Shown piece by piece: positions 34,551 through 46,215 of a DNA stretch of 61,692 bases. The notes beneath the pieces are model-generated. The model was given only the letters and a program-made list of their open reading frames with translations, was not told where the DNA came from and did not search any database. The position numbers and the translations under genes are program-made. The stretch's first letter is position 1. Each line of letters begins with the position of its first letter. Location: NCBI GenBank assembly GCA_000934665.2, contig JYFJ02002175.1:1-61692 (forward strand). Reading direction: 5' to 3'. The DNA is from Catajapyx aquilonaris (taxonomy: Eukaryota).

Positions 34551-34839
34551 TGCCCTACATACAGTGATAATAGTGGACATACCTCACCTGTACATTTTAA
34601 ACACAGCCGTTTCGGGGTAGGGAATCACCTAGAACACTACATATTTTGTTACAACCATGTGTTAGAGTAATTAGCTTGTTCGTTGGTTGGTTCATAAGAG
34701 AACATGCACTATGATGCCGCGGCGCCTTTTTACTCGACTTTTGACTAAGAACAAAAGAAGCAGCAGGTAGGTAAAATATTTCCCAAATTCAAAGGACAAA
34801 ATAGAGCAAAGCAATACACATAGATATCTATACATGGAC

Positions 34840-34960
34840 ATTCTAGAAAAGAAACTATTCCAGAATTTTCTGGTAATTGACTGGGGAAACACTTGGAAAG
34901 CCTCAAGACAGGATCATCCAGACCAGATTCAAACCAAGGACCTCCCAAATGACACTACCA
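34840..34960 (-). mobile_element. Old tRNA-SINE fragment related to 19402-19727
   Basis: ccagaattttctgg..gactggggaaacac..gattcaaaccaaggacctccc (core and B box). Confidence 0.5.
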
Positions 34961-35492
34961 ACTGCTGAATGCCTAATTAACAGGCTAGGCATATTGGCAC
35001 TATGGTGTAATGTGGCTACGATTTCTCTCCCTCAAACACAACAATAACCATAACTTAATCAAAATTAGTCTTGAGAGCAAGATTACCATGTCCCAAACAA
35101 TATACAATATGTCTTGGTGAGAAAGATGGCAAATATTTCAATATAAACTTCCTAGAGATGTCTGTACTCTGTAGTCTTTTTTTCCTCTAAGAATAGCGTT
35201 TTCATGATGGGTATATTCCATGCTATCAGTGATATTGCCATATCAGTTCGGATGAATATTATTTTAGTGTTCATTGACATCTAACAAGTACAAATATTCT
35301 AATCCTCAGAACTGCCTATTCCATAACATAATAAGCTGGATCAAGTTCTTGATAATTATGACCATGTCCTTGACTTCTTCTTCATACAGCATGAATACTG
35401 CTTTCTTTAGTTGAGATGATTACTCCCGATTATCCTGGCTAATGACTGCACGGGTGTTGCCTGATAATCGTAAAACACGGATAACAGCTTAA

Positions 35493-37350
35493 CACTATGC
35501 AACACGATATTTGTCCATGGAAAGTCATCGTCATATTCGTGTTCCTTAGGTCACAAGTATCACTCATAATGGGCATTCATTTTGTCTTTGATTTGTTTTT
35601 GACCTCGGGGCAGGCAAAAAAACCAAAACTCTCAAATATAGCAATTTTTTCCCAATCAAGCGCGCTTAATTGTTACTAAGCCAGGATTTTCCTGAAAATA
35701 GTCACAGATGTACACACCTACGCCGTAACATTGCATTTTCAAGTTTCATCCAAATTGCGAAATACAGTGGGGAGAGAAAAAATCGCGCAAATTTTGAAAA
35801 TTTGGCCTTTTTTGGATAAAGTTTTTTTGGTTATTGGAAGTGGTCAAAACCCAATGAACATAATTATACGGTACATCAAACGAAAGAGAAACGCGAGTAG
35901 AATGCGCCCATTTAATTTGTTTTTCACCAAAATGCACTCAGAAAAACATGTGTGGCATTTCATCAGTCACATGTCCAAGAATTTGGCTCCATTAAAATCA
36001 ATGGTAATTCGGCAAACATATCTATTATTTTCTCGCGAGCCATGCATGACCCAGGATTGAAACTGAACATATTGAATCTTGTATGCTGGGTCACAACTCC
36101 TGTCACCAAATATGGCTGCTCTTACTTAAATACATCACAAATTTTTGGAGTCTAAACACTTGTACATGTTACTGAGCATGTGACCGATGTGTCGAACCTA
36201 CGCAGGTACTGGTTCGAATATAAGTTAAGTAGGAGTATGTGTCGGATATCTGCAGGAATGAAACGTAAATGGCTGTTTTGGAATATCATTTTTAATTCAG
36301 CCGTAAAAGGCTGTATATTTTCTCACAACATTTCTGCTGACTATATTCACACACATTATACACTTTCTCACACATTATACACTTTCTACACGACAGTCAA
36401 TCGTTAATTCTTTTGACACTATTGAATATACATTGTTGAAATTATCTCATCTCTTCAACTCTAATGTACAATACATCCTCTCTGGTCACATATACAGAAA
36501 AACCTTTGCAATTGAAAATTTTCCAACATGATGGGCTTACCTTCAAACGGTGGAATGTCGATCTGACCTGCCCTTAAACCCTTCTGCCTTCTTCTGCTTC
36601 TTTTCTAAAATCCGGACCTGCTTATATACTGCCCGGTTTGGGTGGGGTTTTGGTGCTTGTGAGCATCTTTTAGTTAATCTATAATACTCCATTATCGGGT
36701 TTTTCCTCAGTACTTGTCGGCGTGACCTTTTATTTTGCAAGGTGCTACTTTACATTGATGCTGCTCGCTTTGAGTTGCATTGCCTGCTCCGGGTCCTATC
36801 GACTCCTTTATGGCCTTTTTGGCGCCGGTAATCCTGCTCGTATTAGTCATGACTACATTGCTTTTCTTCCACATATCAGGATATGTAGCAAAATTACGAA
36901 TAAATAATTACTAATGAATTTACTGTTTGATCAAGGATGACCTGACATGACAGATGGAAAGCCATACATGTTGATTGGGTTTTGACCACTTACAATAACC
37001 GGAAAAAAAATTGTATCCAAAAATGCACAATTTTCAAAATTTCGCGAATTTTTCCCTCCCCACGGTATTTCGCAATTTGGCTGAAACTTGATATGCAGTG
37101 TTACGGCATAGGTTTGTACAGCTGTGATTATTTTCAGAAAAATCCGAGCTGGTCTAGCAACATTTAGGCCCACTTGATTGGGAAAAACCTGCTATATTTG
37201 AAGACTTATGTTTTTTGACTGCCCCGAGGTTAAAAACAAATCTAATAAGATAAAATGAATGCCCATTATGAGTTACTTGTGACCTAAGGAACATGAATAT
37301 GACGATGAATTTCCATGCACAAAAAAAGAGTCAAATTTTGTTGCATAGTG
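35493..37350. mobile_element. Non-autonomous TIR transposon with CACTATG termini (CACTA/CMC or Transib type)
   Basis: CACTATGCAACA...TGTTGCATAGTG; inverted arms of about 370-400 bp (ccttaggtcacaagta, ctcataatgggcattcattt); a related, more decayed copy spans about 37880-39660. Confidence 0.8.
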
Positions 37351-37423
37351 TAGACTAATCGGAAAATGGTCCTAGACGCCGTAAAAATGAGCGTTTCACA
37401 GGTTTTTAATGTACTACTGTATA

Positions 37424-37513
37424 CAGGGTGTTTCCTAGCTAACTTTACAAACTTCTAGGGGTAATAGAGGGTACCAAGACAAACGTATTTCAAGTTAGCT
37501 CGTAAACACCCTG
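37424..37513. mobile_element. Short Tc1/mariner-type MITE
   Basis: TA|CAGGGTGTTT..agctaactt...aagttagct..AAACACCCTG|TA. Confidence 0.8.
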
Positions 37514-37979
37514 TATAGAAAGCATGATGCTTGGTTAAATCAAAATAATAAAACTTCTCATAGATTTTTACTTTGTCTTCTAGAAAATGATTGTTATATT
37601 TATTAATTGGCGAGACATATTGACAGCGGGCCGAATTTCATCCCCAGGGCCGGCCTTTGAACGGGGCAAACGGGCCCACGCCCTGGGGCGCCGAAGGTGT
37701 AGAGGGGCGAAGAAAAAACAAAACAAAACGCTAATGGAAGAACAAATTTTTGTCCAAGTAAGGGGCTCTTTTAGATGGTGAGGAGGGGTGGTGGCGAATG
37801 ACAATATTCCCAGATTACGCAATATAACACGATTATTGTCCGTATATTTAAGAATATTATACATCTCTATTTCCGTGCTCCTTAGGTCGCTTCGTCGCTT
37901 GTAACTCATAATGACCTTTCATAATGTCTGAACTTTGTTTTTGACCTTGAGACAGTCAAAAAACCAACGTCCTCAAAAT

Positions 37980-37982
<3 letters not shown>

Positions 37983-38017
<35 letters not shown>

Positions 38018-38352
38018 CCGGGGTAGTGCTTGACCTCATCTGAGGTATGCAGCACGGACCTATATTTATTATGCCAAGTACATTTTTGAGCCTTTATACG
38101 TAGCGCCCGGGCCCACGGGCAGGATGACAGGAGGGGATGTGTGCAAGGTGCAATGCAATGTCTTATCCGTGGCCATTTTTAGTGAACTCCCCCGGGTGGT
38201 TTAGTCTGTGGAAATACCACCCGAGACGAAGCCAGAGGTGACCCTGAACTCTGCACGAGATGAATAGGATGTCCCCGTTGGGGTTGGGATCGAACTCGGG
38301 ACCTTAACATCCGTGGGCGCATACGTTACCGCAGCACCACTCCGCCTCCCCC
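37983..38352 (-). mobile_element. tRNA-derived SINE, second copy of the 23970-24323 family
   Basis: Near-identical body; 13-bp TSD tcctcaaaatgta (37970-37982, 38357-38369); (TTA)n tail. Confidence 0.92.
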
Positions 38353-39746
38353 AGACTCCTCAAAATGTAGACGTCATTGCGAATCACATGTGGGCCGAAA
38401 ATGTTGCTATACCAGCTCGGATTTTCCTGGAAAAAATCACAGCTGTACTCACATACCATGGATAATGCTAAATGTCAAATTTAATTCATTTTTCGCAATA
38501 CCGTGGGGAAGGGGCGCTCCCGGAATTTTGAAAGGGGCTTAAAATTAACCCTTCTTTTGGATTTTTTGCCGTTAATGGAGGTGATCAAAACTTAATGCAG
38601 TAAACAGACAGAGTGTATAGCCTACGAATTCATCTGCCAAAATGATACGGGTGGTAGGGGGTACGTATATGGAAGAAACATGGCATGGGTACGAAAGGCC
38701 GGCGATACTCTGTCTTGAACCATGACAATGACGATGAGCCTGACAAGTATGGATACCACCATTGTACCATACATGCCTGCATTGCTGTTTGCCGGGACCA
38801 GGGGCTCGCACTCACAGACCGTTGCTCAACCAGCCAGACTCCTGCAACCAGCGATGCAAGCGTGCGCAGGGGTATGTCAAGATAGACATCAGCGATGTCA
38901 ACGTCATTGCCGACCTTTCTGATCCATGCCATACTTCTTCCATACGTATCCTACCCCCCTACCACCCGTATCATTACGGGCAGATGAATTCTTATACACG
39001 CCCTGTATATCAAAAGGAGGAATAATACGAGAATGCAACTATGAAATTAGTTTTCCTCGAAAATGTAACCAGAAAAACGTGTGTGGTATTCCACTTGTCA
39101 CATGCTCAGTCACATGTCCAAGAATTTCGACCCCAACAAGTAGCGCTGTACGTATTTGCGGAACATCAGTCATATTTGGTGGCATGAGTTGTGATCCCCA
39201 CAAGGTTTATTGACTTATGTTCAGTTTGAAGCCTAGTTCATGCATAGCTCGAAAAAAATATGAGAGATATTTCGCAGGTGTATCACTAATGTCATTTTCG
39301 GGGACCCAAATTCTTGGACACGTGACCGATGGAATGCTACGCACGTTTTTCTGATTACATTTTAGAGGAAAACTAATAATTTCATAGCCCCATTCCCCTC
39401 GTCTTCCTCCTTCTTTGGATAGGCCTATACTGTTTATGTTCATTGGGCTTTAGCCACCTTCCACTACCCGAAAAAAAATCTTCAAAAAAGGCCTTATTTT
39501 CAGACCGTTTCAAAAAATTTCCCTTCCACACTGTACAGTGTACAATGTACGTACATGGCAATGTGGCTGAAACTTGATATGCAGAGTTATGGCATAGGTG
39601 TGTACAGTTGTGATATTTTTTCCAGCCAATCCGAGATGCTCTAGCAACATTTCAGCCCACTTGATTCGGAATAGCCCCTGGCAGGAATGTCATTGTCGTC
39701 GTATGTTGATGGACACTTGTCATTCATGTCATATTTAGTGTCCTTA

Positions 39747-39882
39747 GGGCCGTTTTCTCGAATAGTGGTTCAAATGTAAACCAGGATCAAAGCCGGTTTA
39801 AACCCTTGACAACAGCCTAACAACAATCAAATCAGGCTTTGAACCGGGTTTACATTTGAACCACTGTTCGAGAAAACGGCCA
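39747..39882. mobile_element. PIF/Harbinger MITE, copy 1
   Basis: TTA|GGGCCGTTTTCTCGAA...TTCGAGAAAACGGCCA|TTA. Confidence 0.88.
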
Positions 39883-40033
39883 TTACTCAATGACAGCCAA
39901 GCCAAATCTGTGTGATGCAAATTTCTGTCAAAGAACACTTTCCCGAACTTATTCCAGGTGGGACAATATCTTGGCCTCGCATGGATATTTTTAGCCTGAT
40001 ATGTTTGCAGGTCAATAATATTATTGTGAGCTA

Positions 40034-40180
40034 GGGCCGTTTTCTCGAACAGTGGTTCAAATGTAAACCGGGTTCAAAGCCAGTTTAATCCCTGATTTGA
40101 TTGTTGTTAGGCTGTTGTCAAGGGTTCAAACCGGCTTTGAACCGGGTTTACATTTGAACCACTGTTCGAGAAAACGGCCC
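40034..40180. mobile_element. PIF/Harbinger MITE, copy 2 (opposite orientation)
   Basis: CTA|GGGCCGTTTTCTCGAACAGTGG...CCACTGTTCGAGAAAACGGCCC|CTA. Confidence 0.92.
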
Positions 40181-40479
40181 CTAGTCAATTGGCAGATATA
40201 ATGACATTTCAGTCTCGAATACAGCAAAGATGAAGTTAAAAAGTTGGCTGCTTGCTCACCTCTAAAGTCCTAAATACCATGAATGGATTGGTTTTAAGTT
40301 AGTTTATTGACATAGTCCCTCTTAATGGTCAGAAAAAGTTGAAACAACTATGCATTAGTGAGACCCTAGAAGATGACGACATGCACTATACGATATCTCA
40401 TTGCAAGAATGTCCGCTACATGGAATGTATAGCTTTTAACAACCCCCTGCAACATGAGTCACCTTTTATGATTGGGCAA

Positions 40480-40702
40480 CACTGTAAACCACAAAACATT
40501 AAAAGAGCATCACTGGTGAGTCTCTCATGGAACATCAATTTTTAATGCTCTTCTAATGCCCTGCTAATGCTCTTGTGATGCTTTTTAGCAACAAAAAAGC
40601 ATTACAGGAGCATCACAAGAGCATTAGAAGAGCATTAAAAATTGATGTTCTATGAGAGACTCACCAGTGATGATCTTTTAAAATGTTTTGCGGTTTACAG
40701 CA
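40480..40702. mobile_element. Palindromic MITE with CACTG-type left end
   Basis: cactgtaaacc..atcactggtgagtctctcat mirrored by atgagagactcaccagtgat..ggtttacag. Confidence 0.8.
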
Positions 40703-40907
40703 GATAACCTACACCACTTACCATGTGTTTCAGAATTGATCTCACATTCATATCAAACAAAATTATTTCATTGATACTAACTTCAGTTCCAATTGTGCCT
40801 GTCCCCCCGCCCCCCTTCAAGTGTGACTGTCAGTTGCATATGTTAGGGTCAAACCCCGAAAACGGCCACCTGCCGAAAAAAGACGACCCTATTAGGTCTG
40901 GTATAGG

Positions 40908-41482
40908 GTAATTGAAAACTTTTTTAATTGATAAGTTTCACTAGTGAAACTGAAACTGATATATAGTAGCCTACATTTGAAAAGGCAAGTCTTTCTCTAA
41001 TTTTAGACAGTTACCGTACTACTTTAGTGCATTTGTCCCAGCAGGTCACTAGTTTTTCCCTATACCCTTGCAGAAAAAAGCGCCAGACTGGGTGGGAAGC
41101 CTGTGGGGGATGGCCTCTTTCACTTCCTCGATGTCGCTGAAGTTCTGCCCTGCCAGGTGCTTCTTCATTAGTCCAAAGAGATGGTAGACCATGGTTAAAA
41201 CCACCTATATAGACTAAAAAAGAAATACTAGCTTCTCAAGACCTAAGCGACATCGAGGACGCGGCCATCACCCACTGTCTTCCCACCCATCAGTCTGGCG
41301 CTTTTTTCTGCAGGGGTATGGAAAAACTAGTGACCCGCTGGGACAAATGCACCAAAGTGTATGGTGAGTATGTCTAAAATTAGAGGATGACTTGCCCTTT
41401 CATATGTATATCTCAGTTTCAGTTTCTCTAGTGAAACTTATGAATTTAAAAAAGATTTCAATTACTTTCTGATTCGCCCTCG
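40908..41482. mobile_element. mariner foldback derivative with duplicated transposase 3' end
   Basis: Right end TTACTTTCTGATTCGCCCTCG|TA; minus strand YHLFGLMKKHLAGQNFSDIEEVK...WDKC; the plus-strand arm repeats GMEKLVTRWDKCTKVYGEYV. Confidence 0.88.
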
Positions 41483-42090
41483 TATAATAATGACATCCGT
41501 TTTTCTGTTCGACAAGTTCTGCTATATTGGACAAAAAAAGCATGGAAAATCATTCCCTGGAATGCAAAAAAAAAAAAAAAAAATCACAGTAGACAAGTAA
41601 CTTAGTTTCTGCTATATCCAGGACCCATTAGGATACTACAGACAGGTTTCACTGTATTATTGTTATTTCCAAATAACTGTACAGTCAGCAGTTGTCTGCT
41701 CAAAATAACTAGTGGTGGAAAATAACACGTTTTTAAAAGAAATTATCTGGGAGTCCTCTTTTCAGGGAGAGAATCTGACAGTCGTTAATCATTTGTCAGC
41801 TGCCTCCAAATATCCAAAACTGTTCTCTCCCTCCTCACAATGTCTGGTTTGGGACTTTGCCAATGTATGTCCCCTTGCCTGATGAACTCACTACAGCAGG
41901 TGATGGTTACTTTCATTTGCCCTCCTGGGTCGCAATTTTTTTTAAATGTTTGAAAATCACTGCCAAAGAGAAATGTTTAGAAAACAAGATCCTATATAAG
42001 CTATCAGGAGTAATGCAATCTTCAAAAAAAAAAAAAACTCATATCTGAAAACCCAAGAATTCATCAGTCCTCTTCAAAGAGTTCCACAAA

Positions 42091-42342
42091 GGATATCACA
42101 CCAATTAGTCCGACGACAACTCTCCCGATGAGGTTTCGCCCGCCAAACTCCCCCATATTCGCTGATACTTATTTTTATTATTGATATAGACCCAATAACT
42201 GAAACGGAATGTATGGCAAATATGCACGGTGGGCGAGTTTGTACAGCGGGTGAAAATTCATCGGGCGAGTTGTTTTCGGACGAATTTTCGGCGCGGGAGT
42301 TGTCAGCGGGTGAATGTGCATCGAGCGAACTGTTACGGAACC
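42091..42342. mobile_element. Small element with ~15-bp subterminal repeats and 8-9-bp TSD (MULE-like)
   Basis: tccacaaa(g) at 42083 and 42343; repeated ggcgagttgt/ggtgaa units. Confidence 0.5.
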
Positions 42343-42539
42343 TCCACAAAGATATCACTTATGGAGCTGCTGGGCTATATTACCAAAGTAAAGATGTGAT
42401 ACTGACTGATACCAACGCTACCATTGATTAGACTGTGCTGAATATACCACGCGTTTCATAATTTAGCTCACATCCCGTATCGGCAGAAATGTTGCGTACG
42501 CCCACAAGTCATGTTGACACCCGGTGGGGGAATACAGGC

Positions 42540-43450
42540 ATCAAAGACAGGCATGGGTTGACCATTTGGCGCGCTCAGGAATACCAACGTGACTGGTCGA
42601 ATACGCAACATATTAACAATACAGATATACTGTAGGCTTGATGAAACACAGTATATTGCACTAATATGGATACATTAGCCACACAAATATTGAAAATTGA
42701 TCCACTTATCCGTACATGCGCCATGCCTTCTAGTCGCAAGCGTCATACCCGAAATGCCATAAATCTGGCCCATGCTCACCGAAGCATGCATGCACCGACT
42801 CGTCAGCCACCGTTATGACGTAGCCAGGCGGGAAAGTTTGAACGAGACGTCTGGGAATGGCAAAGCGCGTTTGTTGCGTGAGTGCGTGTATGAGTATGGT
42901 GCCGAGTGGGACGAAGGGTTGGTGCGGGGGTGTTGCGTTTTACGAGAGGGGGGAAAGGGGGGGGGGAACTCCNGGGGGGGGAACTCTCTTATTTCCCTTT
43001 CTGCTGCGGCTTCCTCTTCATGTCGATCGATGGCGGTCTGTTGGTAGGGGAGGGCATTTTTTAAAGGGGGGTGTGGACGACTAGGGGGTAGGGGGGGTCC
43101 TTAGCAACAAGCCTTGGTCCCGGACTATGTTTGGCCTCTCCTCCCCGCGACGCTGACGGCGCCGACGCCCGCCAACCTCCCCCGTCGGTGCAGACCTATT
43201 ACCTTCCTTCCTCCTATTGCGAATTTAACGCTTGGCGGCGGTGGGAGAGACGCGGGATTTTNCCCCCCCCCCCCCCTCCACGGGTTGGCGGGAGGGGGGG
43301 GGGCAAGATATGCTCCCCCCCTCCCCCTTTTTGGCTGAATTATTGAAGGAGTTAGGCCAGGCAGTGATTCCAAGCTCGCTTTTAATCGCGGAGTCTCGCG
43401 GCCAAAATCCCTGGGCTGACACCAACTAGTCGGAATTCATAATCAGCCGT
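42540..43450. promoter_or_regulatory. CpG/GC-rich putative (possibly bidirectional) promoter
   Basis: CpG-dense, TE-free, G-tracts, E2F-like tttggcgcgc and ggcgggaaa, and donor-like sites on both strands (minus cg|gtgagc near 42779, plus gc|gtgagt near 42877). Confidence 0.4.
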
Positions 43451-46014
43451 TAACTCTTCCCAAAACTTGGGAAAGATCCGCTTGGGATTTGCTGGTAATG
43501 TCGTGTCAGGACTCAGACGGGTTGGATCTTGAGCGACTCTGCTGATTGCATTATTTTTGAGCTATTAACGAAACCGTCTCTCAAACTATGGTTATATCAA
43601 TGGCTTCCAGATGACATCCAAGTAGAAATTTGATCCAATCCTTTTCAATATCACTATAAACGAAACGCTTTCTACAATTTACCTTTCACCGTCTGAGTAG
43701 GAGGTGTCAGCTTACATTTGTAGCAAAGTGTTGCTTGTAACCGATAGCACTTCGAAACAAGGTGTGCATTGGCTTAAGCTTGCTCTACGACCCCTCTGAA
43801 TGGCGACAACTTGTGACAAATTGTAGCCTGATCATTTTTCTTCCGTCTCAAAAAAGCATCTTGCAGTATTTGGTTTCGGATCTCCAACCTTTTTGCTGCC
43901 GGTTTTGCCACACAATACAAACAAAAATCGCACTCTTTCAGCTCTATATCGTCCTTTTTTTGCCATTTCTTTTTTAACTCCACAGTTCCCCTGGAGGCTT
44001 AGTGGAGCACTCTTCTTTTCTGTCAGCGGCATGAACTATACATAGTACTCTATAGCCAGCAGGCGGTGCAGAATCATAGTCGGCGATGCGCTGCATATCT
44101 CAAGCGTGCTTGCACATGCAGGAGATAGGAGCGCATCGCATTTAAGCCCAGCGTCATAGCAACAGCCTAGTAAAGTGAAGTACAGCCTGGTTCAAAACTA
44201 GCGGAAGCCCAGGGGCAAGAGATCGGACCAATTGAGCGCAACTAGCCGCAATTCAATTACAATCGATCACAATCAGTGTAATGGAAAGGGGTTGGATGGA
44301 AAGTGGGAGGTATGCGCCAAGCGACGGAATTTCAATTGAGGAACCTAGCACAAGAATATAAATGCACAGGATTATAATGGAGATTTCGGGTCATACACCA
44401 GAGTGCATAGTGGTCTGGGAGGGGTGGGACAGATTCCGCGGTTGACGACTTCCTCGTGCATCTTTCAGACGCGACGTGCAAAATGCAGCGGTTGCCAACT
44501 GTCTGATTCATTAATGTCGCGCCGACCATGGTTCTAATTAGCCCCCCTGCAACTATCTATGTATTAGCCCAGGTTCGCTCCCACCTCCCCACCCCATACC
44601 TACCATGCTATGCATGCGGCACTGTTGCCATACGAATATTCCGCTTTTTGCACCCCCTCCCCCCTACCCCCTGGCGCAAATCTCAATTGTACTCCCTAAT
44701 TTAGTTGGGAGGCGTGCCGGCCCCCAGAACAAGAATGGTCGACATGGTGTCATACACATCGCACTACACAGTTGGAAGGATCCGTGGGGACACTCACGAA
44801 ATTGTATGAAATATTGACCCGTCGGGGCCGTGCAACAAATTTTGTGCAGCATTATGTTTGTGCCCCTCGTCGACTATGGGTTTGTTCCTATATCATCGTC
44901 CCTCTATCCTTGACATCTTCTCTCATTCATCCCCCAATGACACGCTCTCGTTAACCCCCCACTTCAGAGTCAATTAGCCCCACCAATCAGATGCACACCT
45001 GTACGACTCTGGCTGTTACCAACTTGAAACGACTATAGTCCATCAGAGAAGAAAAGACTAATTACACCATGTAGATTGCTACTGGGTACAGCCTAAGCCG
45101 TGAGAAATTAACTCGCTTTATTCCTTGATGCAGTTGCAAAACGCTTGTTTTAGGCTCGGCGGCCTAATGAGGGCAGTTCCTATCCGAAAGTGCCAGCTTC
45201 GTGGCTTGTTAATTAAATAATAGGGTAGGGCGTAAATTTCTTGGTTGCTAGGCGCGAGGATTTAATTCCGAACCAACAGGAGCAATGGGGATAGGACATC
45301 GGGCTCTTAAAACCCGTATTAAATATTTAAAACACTCCCCCCTCGTTTGCGAATGTTGTTATCGGAATGTATTTTTTATTGGCCTGGGGGGGAAAAAATG
45401 TGAGTGAGAGGATTCTTTTTTTAGATCCGAATCCAGGAATGTTGCTAGAGGCAAAGAGTGGGGAAACACGTTAGAACCCGGTTTATCCTGGAAGTCCCAC
45501 ATCGGTGTCACGCCGGTCAGTGTCGCACATTGCCTAGATGTCAGGATGCCAACATTTGCAGTCTTTCAAGGTCGCAGGTCATTTTTTTATATATATAAAA
45601 AAACTTGTTTGTCGACTAACCAAAGAATGTGTTGGTACCATGGTTGCCTAACACTCAGGATGTCCTTATTATACATTTTTTTTTTTCTCTCTCTCTCTAT
45701 ACAGGGGCCCCCGTTTTTGCCCGCGTTTTTGGCCTGGAGGGTTGGAGAAAGCGGATAGTGCAGGTGTAAAAGGTATGGGAGGTATGGCTTGTATATTGGG
45801 GGAACGGTTGGGGTTGGGTGGGTAGCGGGGGGCGACCTTGAGGTGGCAAAGGGACAAGGTGAACGAGCTTTGAAAAGAGGCGAAAGCCCCGCCATCCAGC
45901 TGACACTCAATGAAAAACCGTATCTTCCACCAGAGTATAACCATATTGATACTCAGTTTTAACAGTGTCGATATACCCAGACGGTGTCTACAGACTAGAT
46001 GCGGGTAGGGTTGA

Positions 46015-46215
46015 GCCAGGGCGGGGGTCGGTCCTCGGGAGGGGGCGGAGGCAAGCCCGCGCGCGCAGTTTACGCTGCGCCGAGTCGAGTCCATCGAGTT
46101 GTACAGTGTTGTGTGTGAGGCAGTTTGGCCTTCGTTCTTCCAGGCAGCTCAACGTCTTCGTCTGGCCGTGCACTGGGCACTGTCATGTGAGTGACCTCAG
46201 CCGGATCAGGTACGC
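46015..46215 (+). promoter_or_regulatory. Putative promoter and non-coding first exon of the capicua-like gene
   Basis: GC boxes (gggcgggg, ggggcggag), Inr-like gcagtt at 46065-46070, donors at 46187 (gtgagt) and 46210 (cag|gtacgc). Confidence 0.4.

Noticed and set aside
42772..43429. Many overlapping Gly/Pro-rich ORFs
   Set aside because: Stop-poor GC-rich promoter-like DNA with ambiguous bases; no homology recognised
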